Shown here in pieces: positions 9,074-20,039 of a stretch of DNA of 64,000 nt. The stretch's first letter is position 1. Each line of letters begins with the position of its first letter. The DNA lies in NCBI GenBank assembly GCA_963796275.1, contig CAWCKY010000007.1, positions 256,001-320,000 on the forward strand. The letters are read 5' to 3'. Made by a program: the position numbers and the translations under genes. The notes under the pieces are model-generated. The model made no database searches and had not been told where the DNA came from. It saw only the letters and a list, made by a program, of their open reading frames with translations. The DNA comes from an uncultured Acidobacteriota bacterium. GTDB taxonomy: Bacteria; Acidobacteriota; Blastocatellia; RBC074.

Positions 9074-12000
9074 ATGCAAGTTCGACTGAGTCGCCTATAT
9101 ATCTGCTTGGTCGTGGGGCTTTTAGTTTGTCTATGGTATGGAGAAGGCGTGCGTGGGCAAACTGCCGCGACGATTGTCGGTGACGTCATTGATTCCGTTG
9201 GCGCGGTGGCGCCCAACGTAATCATTACTGTAATTCACGAAGGGACGAAAATTGAGCGCAAGGTGCAGACCAATGAGGCGGGGCAATACCGTGTGACTCC
9301 ACTCAACCCTGGCACGTATACCATTCAGGTGGAAGCGGCGGGCTTCAAGAAGGAGGTACGTACGGGGGTTGTTCTCGAAGTCGCCGCCGTTCTAGAGGTC
9401 GACTTCAGCCTGCAGATCGGAGAGGTAACGGAGACGATCGGTATCACAGGCGTTACGCCGACCTTGCAGACGGAGAGTGCATCGGTCGGCAGCGTCGTCG
9501 ATTCGCGTGAGCTGCAGCATCTGCCTGTGAATCAGCGGAACTATACGCGCCTGATCCTGCTGATGCCGGGAACCAGTTCGGTCTCCCGCAGCCAGCAGCA
9601 AGGCGTCAGTCAATCCGGCACGTCGTTATTCTCCGTCAACGGCGGTCGTCCGCAGGATAACAACTTTACGCTGGACGGCGTCGATTCGAACATGCAGATG
9701 ATGAACTCGCCGGGCATCTCGCCGCCGATGGATGCGATTCAGGAGTTCAAGGTCGCCACCAACACCGGCTCGGAGTTCGGGCGCTCGATGGGCGCCAATG
9801 TCAGTATGGTTATGAAGTCCGGCACGCGCGATTTGCACGGAACGGTCTATGAGTACCTGCGCAATGATGTCTTCGATGCCAACGAATTCTTCGCCAATCG
9901 AAGCGGATTGGGTAAGACCCCGTTTCGTTTGAACCAATACGGCGTTTCGCTAGGTGGACCGGTGCTGTTGCCGAAAGTCGACTTGCGCGACAAGATGTTC
10001 TGGTTCTTCTCCTGGGAAGGTTTTCGTCGCCGCCGCGGTAGCACGCTGGTGGCGAGCGTGCCGACGGAGGACTTCCGCAACGGCAACTTCTCCAGCCTGC
10101 TCAACCGAAGCACCCCGATCTATCTGAAGGATCCGTTGCTGACGGGGAGGTGCGATTCCGGCGACCAGACAGCTTGTTTCGAGAACAACATCATTCCGCA
10201 GGACCGCATCAATGCGTCCATCCAAAACGCCATGGCGGCAATTGTCCCGCTGCCGAATCGGCCAGGAGAGACCAACAACCTGGTCTCAAACCGCAGTGTG
10301 GCCAACGATCGCGACCTTTTCAATGTGCGTTGGGATTACAACCTCAGTTCGAACGATAGCTTCAACTTCCGTTACAGCCGTCAAAACGCAGATTTGAGGG
10401 AGCCTCAATCCAATCCGTCATTCACTCGGCTCAGCCAGTTTGACGTGACCAACTTAGGGGGGAACTGGATTCATGTATTCAGTCCGACCACGACCCTCGA
10501 AGTCGGGTTCGGTTTCAATCATCCTGACGGCGGTGGCGGCATATTGGATAAGCCGATTACGCGCGCCGAGTTCTTGGACCTCACCGGCATGCAGATGTAT
10601 CAGCGCGAGGTCTTCGGCGACCCGCTGGTCAACATCGGCTTCGCTCCTTATTCAACGGGCGGCGGCGGGGCCGAGGTGATCGGCGACCGCATCTACCAGA
10701 GCCGGGCAAATATGACAATGGTTCGTGGCCGGCATTCGTGGAAATTCGGCGGCCAGTACCATTATCGCAAGTTCTACACCAACACGGGAAATCCTATGGA
10801 CGGCAACGCCGACTTCAGCGGCTTAATTACATCGAGCGAGATTCGAGATTCCGCGGGAAATCTGGTGAGTAGCGGAAGTCCGGGGTTTCCGATGGCCGAC
10901 GCGCTGTTGGGTTACCCCACGGAGATACGCCGCGGTCAGGGCAACACTTTGACGGACGGCATCGGACATTTCATGCTCGGCTATGTAAGCGATGACTGGC
11001 GGGTCAGCAAGAATCTGACGATCAATCTTGGCTTGATGTACCAGGTTTCCACTCGTCCGTATGACTCTACCGGGCAATTGGGCAATCTGTGGGTTCATCA
11101 GGATGAGTCGGGCAGAATCGTCGGCGATTTGATGTGGGCGACGACCAACCCGGAGATTGACCCTGTAACCAAAAACCGCAATGAGCCTGCGCGCACCTTC
11201 GGGTTCGGCAATTCATTAATCCAGAACGACTATAATGACTTCGCTCCGCGCATCGGCATCGCCTACAAACTCGGTTCGAAGACAGTTATACGATCGGGCT
11301 TCGGCATATTCTACAATTCAACTTTTGTGCAAGAGTTGCAGGACATGCGGAAGTTCTGGCCCTTCACCATTCAGCAGGTCTTCAGTCCTAACCGCGGGAC
11401 GCTGGACAAACTGTCGATTACTGACCCGGGCCCGAGCTTCTCGAACACCGCGGAGATCGGCGGCTGGCCACAGAATCCGGAGAATCGCTCGCCCTATTCG
11501 ATGCAGTGGAACTTCTTCATCCAGCGCGAACTCATGAACGACCTATCGCTCGACATCGGCTACGTCGGCTCAGGCAGCCGTAAGCAGATCGGCTACTCGC
11601 CCTTCAACAATGCGCTGACGCCCGGTCCCGGGGACATCAACCCGCGGCGTCTGTTGCCGCAGTTCGGCGACCTCGACGGCGGTTCGAACCAGTACAACGG
11701 ATCTTACAACAGTCTACAGGTATCGCTGCTCAAGCGATTCTCGGGCGGATTTCTGCTCAACACGAACTACACCTGGCAGAAATCGCTCGACGGCCAGTCC
11801 TCACTGGCAGAGGTAAAGGTCCAGAATCCGTTCGATCGCCGGCAAGACTATTCGCGATCGAGCTGGGACATCAACCACGTCTTCAATGTCTCCTATGTCT
11901 ACGAACTGCCGTTCGGCAAAGGCCGTAAGTTCGGCGCGAACTGGGCCAAACCGGCCGACTTGCTATTGGGAGGATGGTCGTTACAGGGGATCACGCGGCT

Positions 12001-12406
12001 CGAATCAGGGCCGCCGATAAACGTCATTACCGGACAGGACATCGCCAATACGGGCCGTTCGAGCCAGCGCCCCAACCTGGTGGGAGATCCGAACGCGGGC
12101 GCCAAGACGCCGGATGAGTGGTTCAACACTCAGGCGTTCGTAAGACCGGCGCAATATACTTTTGGGAATGCGGGTGCATTTATTACCAATGCAGACGGCA
12201 TCGTGGTCGTCGACATTGCGCTGGAGAAGAAATTCGCGATTCGTGAAAACCACGCCCTGGAATTCAAGACCGAGTTCTTCAATATTCCAAACAACGTCAA
12301 TTTCGGCGACCCGGTGGGCGCGATGAACAACCAGAACTTCGGACAGATCACCAGCCAGCGGGGAAACCCGAGGCAAATCCAGTTCAGTCTGCGATACCGC
12401 TTCTGA
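9074..12406 (+). CDS. TonB-dependent receptor, Oar-type with N-terminal carboxypeptidase-regulatory-like domain
   Basis: GGAGG RBS. Motifs SVNGGR, DAIQEFKV, KSGT..LHG, NDFAPRIG; C-terminal PRQIQFSLRYRF. Confidence 0.93.
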   Translation: MQVRLSRLYICLVVGLLVCLWYGEGVRGQTAATIVGDVIDSVGAVAPNVIITVIHEGTKIERKVQTNEAGQYRVTPLNPGTYTIQVEAAGFKKEVRTGVVLEVAAVLEVDFSLQIGEVTETIGITGVTPTLQTESASVGSVVDSRELQHLPVNQRNYTRLILLMPGTSSVSRSQQQGVSQSGTSLFSVNGGRPQDNNFTLDGVDSNMQMMNSPGISPPMDAIQEFKVATNTGSEFGRSMGANVSMVMKSGTRDLHGTVYEYLRNDVFDANEFFANRSGLGKTPFRLNQYGVSLGGPVLLPKVDLRDKMFWFFSWEGFRRRRGSTLVASVPTEDFRNGNFSSLLNRSTPIYLKDPLLTGRCDSGDQTACFENNIIPQDRINASIQNAMAAIVPLPNRPGETNNLVSNRSVANDRDLFNVRWDYNLSSNDSFNFRYSRQNADLREPQSNPSFTRLSQFDVTNLGGNWIHVFSPTTTLEVGFGFNHPDGGGGILDKPITRAEFLDLTGMQMYQREVFGDPLVNIGFAPYSTGGGGAEVIGDRIYQSRANMTMVRGRHSWKFGGQYHYRKFYTNTGNPMDGNADFSGLITSSEIRDSAGNLVSSGSPGFPMADALLGYPTEIRRGQGNTLTDGIGHFMLGYVSDDWRVSKNLTINLGLMYQVSTRPYDSTGQLGNLWVHQDESGRIVGDLMWATTNPEIDPVTKNRNEPARTFGFGNSLIQNDYNDFAPRIGIAYKLGSKTVIRSGFGIFYNSTFVQELQDMRKFWPFTIQQVFSPNRGTLDKLSITDPGPSFSNTAEIGGWPQNPENRSPYSMQWNFFIQRELMNDLSLDIGYVGSGSRKQIGYSPFNNALTPGPGDINPRRLLPQFGDLDGGSNQYNGSYNSLQVSLLKRFSGGFLLNTNYTWQKSLDGQSSLAEVKVQNPFDRRQDYSRSSWDINHVFNVSYVYELPFGKGRKFGANWAKPADLLLGGWSLQGITRLESGPPINVITGQDIANTGRSSQRPNLVGDPNAGAKTPDEWFNTQAFVRPAQYTFGNAGAFITNADGIVVVDIALEKKFAIRENHALEFKTEFFNIPNNVNFGDPVGAMNNQNFGQITSQRGNPRQIQFSLRYRF

Positions 12407-12420
12407 TCTGCATAGGAAGT

Positions 12421-12520
12421 CTCACGCAACGTCGCCAGGGCGAAAAGAAAGGAAGAATAAAGGAAAGAGGATATTCCTTACATCTTTTCCTTCAATTTGC
12501 GCCCTGGCGCTTTGCTTGGG
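12421..12520. repeat. Palindromic intergenic element (possible terminator role)
   Basis: CGCCAGGGCG ... CGCCCTGGCG arms with a purine-rich/pyrimidine-rich interior, right after the receptor stop codon. Confidence 0.6.
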
Positions 12521-12845
12521 GAAGATGCCCGATGGATTTGTCACTCACCGATAGACCATCGATGCGGAAACCTATGACCGATGATGTATTGGTCACCGTT
12601 CGCCTTACCGCGCGAAACGCGCCGCCGCACTATCTACTGTTGCTCTTAGCTTGACCGTATCGGCAAGCGGTCGCCTCAGCCTTTTCACGCAAAAGGATCA
12701 GCCCGGCGAACGGAGTCAAATGATATGGACAATGGCCGGAATTCGCTTATTATCACCAGAGAATTTTAGAGCAGCATGTAATAAGAAGATGGTTTCAAGC
12801 GACAGTAATCGCCTTCAATTTAATACGAGGTAGGACAGCTATAGC

Positions 12846-13829
12846 ATGAAGGTCTTGGTCACAGGCAGCGCCGGCCATCTGGGCGAGGCGCTTGTTCGCA
12901 CGTTGAGAAAGACAAGCCACGAGGTCATCGGCATCGACCTCCTTCACTCGGACTTCACCGACAGGATCGGTTCGATTACCGATCGGGATTTTGTCAGGGG
13001 ATGCCTGGAAGATGTAGACGCAGTTCTACACGCGGCGACCCTGCATAAACCACATCTCTTCACGCACAGCCGGCAGAGCTTCGTTGACACGAATATCGCA
13101 GGCACGCTCAATCTCCTGGAAGAGACCGCGTCCGCCGGCATCGGCTCGTTTATCTTCACCAGCACGACCAGCACCTTTGGCAACGCGATGAGGCCGCCCG
13201 CCGGGGCCCCGGCTGCCTGGGTGACCGAGGATGTCACGCCTATTCCCAGAAACATCTATGGTGTGACAAAGACCGCGGCGGAGAACATGTGCGAATTATT
13301 TCACCGAAATCACCGGATGGCGTGCCTAATTTTGAGAACCTCGCGCTTCTTTCCGGAGGACGACGACCACAAGGAGACGCGGGAAGCCTACGACGGTGGC
13401 AACCTTAAAGCGAACGAGTTTCTCTACCGGCGCGTGGATCTCGAGGATGTCGTGAGCGCTCATCTCCTCGCCCTCGAGAAGGCTCCTGAACTCGGCTTCG
13501 GCCGTTACATCATCAGCGCGACCACGCCTTTCACCCGTGACGATCTGTACGATTTGCGCGCCAACGCGCCTCTGGCGCTTAAGCGAAAGTACCCCGCCTA
13601 TGAAGAAGTGTACGCGCGTCACAGCTGGAAGATGTTCCCCAGCATTGACAGAGTGTATGTCAACCAGCGAGCAAGGAACGATCTCGGCTGGCGCCCGCGG
13701 TATGACTTCGAGTACGTGCTTGAGAAGCTGAGATCGGGTGGTGATCCGCGCAGCCCTTTGTCGCTTGCAGTAGGATCGAAGGGGTACCATGCACAAAAGT
13801 TCACAGAAGGGCCTTACCCCGTGGGTTGA
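12846..13829 (+). CDS. NAD-dependent epimerase/dehydratase (extended SDR)
   Basis: VLVTGSAGHLG Rossmann motif and YGVTK catalytic motif. Confidence 0.9.
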   Translation: MKVLVTGSAGHLGEALVRTLRKTSHEVIGIDLLHSDFTDRIGSITDRDFVRGCLEDVDAVLHAATLHKPHLFTHSRQSFVDTNIAGTLNLLEETASAGIGSFIFTSTTSTFGNAMRPPAGAPAAWVTEDVTPIPRNIYGVTKTAAENMCELFHRNHRMACLILRTSRFFPEDDDHKETREAYDGGNLKANEFLYRRVDLEDVVSAHLLALEKAPELGFGRYIISATTPFTRDDLYDLRANAPLALKRKYPAYEEVYARHSWKMFPSIDRVYVNQRARNDLGWRPRYDFEYVLEKLRSGGDPRSPLSLAVGSKGYHAQKFTEGPYPVG

Positions 13830-14119
13830 TATTGAATCCGATACTCACTGTCCCCCAGTCATAGATTCACTTTCCGGGTTTTAATCCGATCAGGCATATC
13901 AGTCGCCATTTTTCACGAAGACTATCGGGCCCTTTGTGATCTTGGACATATGCGTCATCCATTGACATTCAGCCTGAAGCTCAATAGTACGTATTTATCC
14001 ATCTGATAACCGCAGCAGGTGGTAGCACGTCGCTTTCGAATACTTCGGAGTTATAATAGCTCACGCGGTAAAGGTTGTAACAGAAATCTCACGCAAAGAA
14101 ATCAACAGGAGCACACACG

Positions 14120-15592
14120 ATGAAGCCCGTAACATTGCTGAACGCGCTTTGCGTCATCGGTCTGGTGGCGCTGGGATTGAGCTACCCTCTCAAGTCCACC
14201 ACGAAGGCGCAGCTCAAACGTCCGAACGTCCTCTGGCTGATCGCCGAGGATTTCGGGGTCGAGCTGGGGTGCTATGGAACGCGGGAAGTCTGGACGCCGA
14301 ACCTCGATAAGCTGGCGGCTGATGGAATGCGCTTCACGCGCGCTTATTCAACCGCGCCGGTCTGCTCGCCATCTCGCTCGGCACTCATGACCGGCATGTA
14401 TCAAACGACCATCGGCGCGCACAACCATCGGTCGCATCGCGACGACGGCTACCAGCTGCCGGCTGGCGTGCGCTTGCTGAACGATTGGCTGCGCGACGCG
14501 GGGTACTTCACCGCGAACCTGCGCCAGTTGCCGCAGGAGTTCGGCTTCAAAGGCGCGGGCAAGAACGATTGGAACTTTACCTATGAAGGTCAGCCCTGGG
14601 ATTCGGCTAACTGGGACGATCTCAAAGCGCATCAGCCCTTCTACGCTCAAATCAATTTCAAAGAGACGCATCGCACGTTCGTCTCGCCGCGCCGCGCCGA
14701 TCCAAGTAAGGTCGTCATCCCGCCTTACTACCCGGATCATCCGATCACGCGCGAGGATTGGGCCAAGTATCTGGACGCGGCGACCGAGCTCGATGAGAAG
14801 ATCGGCAGTGTGTTGCGGCAGCTCGAGGCCGATGGAATGGCGGATAATACTGTCATCATCTTCTTCGGCGATAACGGCCAGGCGCACGTGCGCGGAAAGC
14901 AGTTCGTCTATGAGAGCGGGCTGCATATCCCATTGCTGATTCGCTGGCCGAAGAATTTTCCCGCGCCGAAGAACTTCGAGCCCGGGACGGTGAGCGATCA
15001 GCTCATCCTGTCGATCGACCTGACGGCTACGACGCTGGCAGTTGCCGGTGCGACAAAGCCGCCGAAGATGGAGGGACGCGTGTTGTTCGGCGAGATGGCT
15101 GAAGCTCCGCGACCATATGCTTTTGGTGCACGAGACCGTTGTGACGAGACGGTCTTCCGCCTGCGCACCGTGCGGGATAAGCAGTATCGCTACATCCGTA
15201 ACTTCACGCCCGACCGCCCCTTCCTGCAGCCGAACGAGTACAAAAAGAGACAGTACCCGGTCTGGACCTTGTTGCCGGAACTGGCGGCCCAGGGCAAGCT
15301 GACGGCGGTGCAGTCCGCGCTCGTCGCGCCGTCCATGCCTGCCGAAGAGTTGTACGATCTCAACGCCGACCCATATGAGATCGACAATATAGCCGATTCG
15401 CCGAAGCCCGAGCACAAAGCGACGATGAAGCGATTGCGTGCGGCGCTCAGCAAATGGATCGAGGAGACGAACGATCAGGGCCGCGTGCTCGAGCCGCCCG
15501 CGCTGGCTGCTGCGAAGGGTGCGACAAAACCCGGCGGTAATCCGAATGCAGAGGCGATCCGCCCGGCGCAAGTTGTAAAACCGGAAAAGTGA
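14120..15592 (+). CDS. Exported Cys-type sulfatase
   Basis: RPNVLWLIAED, CSPSRSALMTG signature, FGDNG and ELYDL. Confidence 0.93.
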   Translation: MKPVTLLNALCVIGLVALGLSYPLKSTTKAQLKRPNVLWLIAEDFGVELGCYGTREVWTPNLDKLAADGMRFTRAYSTAPVCSPSRSALMTGMYQTTIGAHNHRSHRDDGYQLPAGVRLLNDWLRDAGYFTANLRQLPQEFGFKGAGKNDWNFTYEGQPWDSANWDDLKAHQPFYAQINFKETHRTFVSPRRADPSKVVIPPYYPDHPITREDWAKYLDAATELDEKIGSVLRQLEADGMADNTVIIFFGDNGQAHVRGKQFVYESGLHIPLLIRWPKNFPAPKNFEPGTVSDQLILSIDLTATTLAVAGATKPPKMEGRVLFGEMAEAPRPYAFGARDRCDETVFRLRTVRDKQYRYIRNFTPDRPFLQPNEYKKRQYPVWTLLPELAAQGKLTAVQSALVAPSMPAEELYDLNADPYEIDNIADSPKPEHKATMKRLRAALSKWIEETNDQGRVLEPPALAAAKGATKPGGNPNAEAIRPAQVVKPEK

Positions 15593-15866
15593 GTGCGGAT
15601 CAGACGATGTCGTATACCGACTTCTGATTCAACCCGGTTTTTCATAGCGTTGTCATTACCCCATATTATTCCGCTTTTGCCATATTTGCCCCTTTGCCCC
15701 TTTGCCCCGGGAGGCCCTTTCAGGGCAAATCAATGAGCGCTCGCAAATGAAAAAATCTGGTTAACGACAGGCTTTCATAGCCGACGGCATTAAGCTAAGC
15801 TGCTGGGCAACTATAAAACATCGCAACGAGATGGCACACATGGCACATATGGCACACAAGACACAA

Positions 15867-16952
15867 ATGAAGCAATTATCTCTGGTTCTGTTGTTGGCCG
15901 CCCTCGCTTTCACCGGCGCGTGCCAAAGCGAACATGCCGGAAACGGCAGTTCGCATCAGCACAGCGCGGACGGCGCGCAGCCGAGCGCTGAATCGGCAGC
16001 CGCCGTGAGCATAAACAAGACGCCGCCCCCCGGCCCAGCGCCGGACGGAATGGTTTGGATTCCGGGCGGGACCTTCTGGATGGGTTGCGATGATTGCGAG
16101 ATGCCCGATGCTGCGCCCGCGCATCTGGTATCCGTAGACGGCTACTGGATGGACCGGACGCCGGTGACCAACGCTGAGTTTGCGAAGTTCGTCCAGGCCA
16201 CGGGTTACGCGACCATTGCTGAGCGCAAACCTGACCCGAAGGATTTTCCGGGTGCGCCGCCCGAGAATCTGGTCGCCGGCTGTGCTGTTTTTTCGCCGCC
16301 ATCCGAGGATATTCCGCTCGACAATCCTTACGCGTGGTGGCGCTACGTGCCAGGTGCGAATTGGAAAAATCCGGAAGGACCGGGCAGCTCGATCAAGGGC
16401 CGGGAAGATCATCCGGCAGTGCATATCGCCTGGGATGACGCCGTAGCCTATGCCAAGTGGGCTGGGAAGCGCTTACCGACCGAAGCGGAGTTCGAATTCG
16501 CTGCCCGCGGCGGGCTCGATCGCAACCACTACGTCTGGGGCAATGAATTGAAACCTGGGGGTAAGTGGCCGGCCAACATCTGGCAGGGCCGCTTTCCGTC
16601 GCAGAACACCAATGAAGACGGCTACCCGCGCACGGCGCCGGTGACCGCGTTTGCAAAGAACAACTTCGATCTGTATGACATGGGAGGGAACGTCTGGCAG
16701 TGGTGTTCGGATTGGTATCGGCCGGACTATTTCGAGCAGCAGGCGGGACAGGGAACTATTCGCAATCCGCAAGGGCCGTCAGACAGCTACGACCCGCAGG
16801 AACCGGGAATACCCAAGCGCGTGCAGAAGAGCGGCTCATTCCTCTGCAGCGATCAGTATTGTTCGCGCTACCTTGTCGGTAGCCGCGGCAAGGGCGCGGC
16901 AGACAGCGGAAGCTCCAATACAGGGTTCCGTTGCATCAAGCCGGCCGCTTAA
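15867..16952 (+). CDS. Formylglycine-generating enzyme (SUMF1 family), probable lipoprotein
   Basis: RLPTEAEFEFAARGG, LYDMGGNVWQW and the catalytic SFLCSDQYCSRY (CxxxxC); TGAC lipobox-like. Upstream ATGs come from a 9-mer repeat. Confidence 0.88.
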   Translation: MKQLSLVLLLAALAFTGACQSEHAGNGSSHQHSADGAQPSAESAAAVSINKTPPPGPAPDGMVWIPGGTFWMGCDDCEMPDAAPAHLVSVDGYWMDRTPVTNAEFAKFVQATGYATIAERKPDPKDFPGAPPENLVAGCAVFSPPSEDIPLDNPYAWWRYVPGANWKNPEGPGSSIKGREDHPAVHIAWDDAVAYAKWAGKRLPTEAEFEFAARGGLDRNHYVWGNELKPGGKWPANIWQGRFPSQNTNEDGYPRTAPVTAFAKNNFDLYDMGGNVWQWCSDWYRPDYFEQQAGQGTIRNPQGPSDSYDPQEPGIPKRVQKSGSFLCSDQYCSRYLVGSRGKGAADSGSSNTGFRCIKPAA

Positions 16953-17216
16953 AATAGAAAGGATTCACTCGATACTACAATAAACTCCTTCCGATCGATC
17001 CTTCGAACTAGCAATCCGTTTGGGGTAGCTATCAGACTGATTTTTCTTTGGAGCAAACTAATTGCGCGATTGACTGAGTTAGTCCAAAGGCTTAAGATCA
17101 AAACCTCCCGCATAAATTTACCCAACAAATAAATTACCCAGCAGAATTCGAACATAATCCATGCGAAAGCGCGTTTTCGGGGGTCCAGAGTGTGGCGACC
17201 CACGTGGCGATTGATT

Positions 17217-18242
17217 ATGGACAGTTACAGGTGGGATTTAATTGGTAGGGAGCGTGGTCAAGCCCTGCCGGTTCTGCTCGCGGGAGTTCCCGAACAGGTG
17301 ACCAATATTTTTCAGCCGTATTCAACGCCGGGTGAGTTGATCTATCAACTCTCGCTGCTGACGTTGGCTATCTGTGGGACCATATTTCTGATAGTTGCCG
17401 GCATATTGTTCTATACCATCATCCGTTTCAGAAAGCGGCCGAATGACGAGCAGAGTGAGCCTCCGCAGATCTATGGGAGCAACCAGATAGAACTGGCCTG
17501 GACCGTTCTTCCGATTCTGATCGTCTCCGTGCTGTTTCTGGTGACCGCGCGGACGATCGGTGACGTGCAGAACGCCGTACACCCCCCGGATTCGCTCAAG
17601 GTAAATGTGGTCGGCCACCAATGGTGGTGGGAGATACGCTATCCCGATCTGGGGATCGTGACGGCGAACGAACTACACGTGCCGGTCAGCGATTCAGAGC
17701 GGCCGCGGCGAACTGTTCTGAAGTTGCAGTCGGCCGATGTCGCACATAGTTTCTGGGTTCCCCAGCTCGGCGGGAAGACTGACCTGATTCCAAACCGCGA
17801 CAACTATATGTGGTTCGATCCCAGGGAGACGGGAGTCTATCGGGGTAACTGCGCAGAGTATTGCGGCACTCAGCACGCGCACATGCTCATTCGCGTGATC
17901 GTCCATCGACAAGACGAGTTCGACCGATGGGTGGCCGAACAGCAGAAGCCGGCGGTTGAAGACGCACAGGTAGCGACAGGACGGAAAGTTTTCCTCTCGA
18001 CCTCGTGCGTCAACTGCCACACGATCCGCGGAACGACCGCCAGTGGGATGTTCGGCCCCGACCTGACTCATCTGATGAGCCGGGAGACGCTGGGTTCCGG
18101 TGCGATTAAGAATACGCCCGAATTGTTGCGGGATTGGGTGAGCGATCCGCAAAAGATGAAAGAGGGTTGTTTGATGCCCGATATGCAGCTTTCACAGCAG
18201 GAGCTGGATCAAATCGTGGCCTATCTCATGATGTTGAAATAG
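17217..18242 (+). CDS. coxB: Cytochrome c oxidase subunit II with C-terminal cytochrome c (caa3 type)
   Basis: GHQWWW, CuA ligands DVAHSF...CAEYCGTQHAHM, and CVNCH heme c motif. Start uncertain. Confidence 0.95.
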   Translation: MDSYRWDLIGRERGQALPVLLAGVPEQVTNIFQPYSTPGELIYQLSLLTLAICGTIFLIVAGILFYTIIRFRKRPNDEQSEPPQIYGSNQIELAWTVLPILIVSVLFLVTARTIGDVQNAVHPPDSLKVNVVGHQWWWEIRYPDLGIVTANELHVPVSDSERPRRTVLKLQSADVAHSFWVPQLGGKTDLIPNRDNYMWFDPRETGVYRGNCAEYCGTQHAHMLIRVIVHRQDEFDRWVAEQQKPAVEDAQVATGRKVFLSTSCVNCHTIRGTTASGMFGPDLTHLMSRETLGSGAIKNTPELLRDWVSDPQKMKEGCLMPDMQLSQQELDQIVAYLMMLK

Positions 18243-18327
18243 TTTTCAGTTTTTAGTTTTAAGTTTTCGGTTGACTGAAATGCCAATGATCTCCGCAGGG
18301 GAAAAACTGAAAACTGAAAACTGATTT
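18237..18327. repeat. Inverted heptamer-array element (AGTTTTC ... GAAAACT)
   Basis: Begins AAATAG, overlapping the coxB stop. Spacer resembles 50267-50300. Confidence 0.85.
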
Positions 18328-18339
18328 TGAGGAGTAGCA

Positions 18340-20016
18340 ATGGCCACAAAAGCGATTGCGTTAGAGGGTGCGCCGGGAGCCCGTCTTCCCATCACGACTC
18401 GGCTAAACGATCTGGTTTTCACGGTAGACCACAAGAAGCTCGGCCTGATGTATATCGCTTCGGCACTGTTCTTCTTTGCGGTGGCGGGCTCGATGGCCGC
18501 AGTCATGCGATTGCAACTTGTCGTTCCGAATAACGACCTCGTCTCCCCACAAGTCTTCAATCGTTTCTTCACGATGCACGGGACCGCAATGGTCTTCCTG
18601 GTCGGCATGCCGATTCTGGCCGGGTTAGGGAACTATCTGGTGCCGCTGATGATTGGGGCGCGCGATATGGCCTTTCCCAGACTCAACGCCTTTGGCTTCT
18701 GGATGTTCTTCTTCGGCGGGCTGATGCTCTATTTCAGCTATCTCGCGGCGCCCGGACTGACGGGCATCGGCTCGGCTCCGGACGTCGGCTGGTTCGCCTA
18801 TGCGCCGTTGACCGCCCGTGCCTTCTCCCCCGGGCAGAGCACCGACTTCTGGATTTTGAGCATTATGCTTGGCGGCGTCGGGAGCATCGTCACAGCGATC
18901 AATCTCATCGCGACTATTGTCAGTATGCGATGCAAGGGAATGACGCTCATGCATATGCCGCTGCTCGTCTGGATGATGCTGATCGTGGCGGGAATGATCC
19001 TGCTCGCCATGCCTCCGCTGTCGGCGGCGCAAATCATGCTCTTGCTCGACCGGTATCTCGGAGCGATGTTCTTCGACACCCAGTCTGGCGGATCGGCGGT
19101 GTTGTGGCAGCACTTCTTCTGGATCTTCGGTCACCCTGAAGTCTACATATTGATTATCCCGGGTTTCGCCTGTATCTCGGAGATCATTCCCGTCTTTTCC
19201 CGCAAGCCGATCTTCGGATACCCGTTTATGGTGGCTGCAGTTGTCATGCTCGGCTTCATAAGTCTGGGCGTCTGGGCGCATCACATGTTCACAGTAGGGA
19301 TGAGTTCGATTGGCAACACCTTCTTCGCTATCACGACGATGCTGGTGGCAGTTCCCACGGGTATCAAAATCTTCAATTGGCTGGGAACGATGTATGGAGG
19401 CAAGATTCGCTTTGAACCCCCGATGCTCTTTTGCATTGGGTTCCTCTTTCAGTTTCTCATCGCGGGACTGACTGGCGTTATGCTGGCAGCAGCCCCGTTC
19501 GATTGGCAGTTGAGCGACTCCACCTTCGTGGTGGCCCACTTCCACTTTGTGCTGATCGGCGGCCTCCTCTATGCAGTTTTTGCAGGAATCTATTACTGGT
19601 ATCCGAAAGCCATCGGCAGAATGCTCAACAAGAAGCTGGGTCTCTGGCATTTCTGGCTCTTCACCATCGGGTTCCATCTCACCTTCGACACCATGCACCT
19701 CCCGGGACTTCTGGGAATGCCGCGACGAATTTATACCTACGATGACGGGCGAGGGTGGGAGATCTTCAACCAGATTTCGACGATCGGAGTTGCCTTTCAG
19801 GGCGCGGCTGTCCTCTGTTTCGTTATCAACCTGATCCGGTCCGCGCGGAATGGCGAGGAAGCGGGTGATGATCCCTGGGATGCTTGGACGCTCGAATGGT
19901 CCACGACTTCACCACCTCCACCGTATAACTTCGAAGTTTTGCCGAAAGTGAGGAGCACGCGCCCGTTATGGGACCTTAAGCATCCGGAAGATCCGGACTG
20001 GCGATACGAAGGCTAA
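18340..20016 (+). CDS. ctaD: Cytochrome c oxidase subunit I, type A1
   Basis: TMHG, GHPEVY, WAHHMF, PTGIK, AHFH and GMPRR. Confidence 0.97.
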   Translation: MATKAIALEGAPGARLPITTRLNDLVFTVDHKKLGLMYIASALFFFAVAGSMAAVMRLQLVVPNNDLVSPQVFNRFFTMHGTAMVFLVGMPILAGLGNYLVPLMIGARDMAFPRLNAFGFWMFFFGGLMLYFSYLAAPGLTGIGSAPDVGWFAYAPLTARAFSPGQSTDFWILSIMLGGVGSIVTAINLIATIVSMRCKGMTLMHMPLLVWMMLIVAGMILLAMPPLSAAQIMLLLDRYLGAMFFDTQSGGSAVLWQHFFWIFGHPEVYILIIPGFACISEIIPVFSRKPIFGYPFMVAAVVMLGFISLGVWAHHMFTVGMSSIGNTFFAITTMLVAVPTGIKIFNWLGTMYGGKIRFEPPMLFCIGFLFQFLIAGLTGVMLAAAPFDWQLSDSTFVVAHFHFVLIGGLLYAVFAGIYYWYPKAIGRMLNKKLGLWHFWLFTIGFHLTFDTMHLPGLLGMPRRIYTYDDGRGWEIFNQISTIGVAFQGAAVLCFVINLIRSARNGEEAGDDPWDAWTLEWSTTSPPPPYNFEVLPKVRSTRPLWDLKHPEDPDWRYEG

Positions 20017-20039
20017 AGGGCAGGAGAGAGGGAATATCT

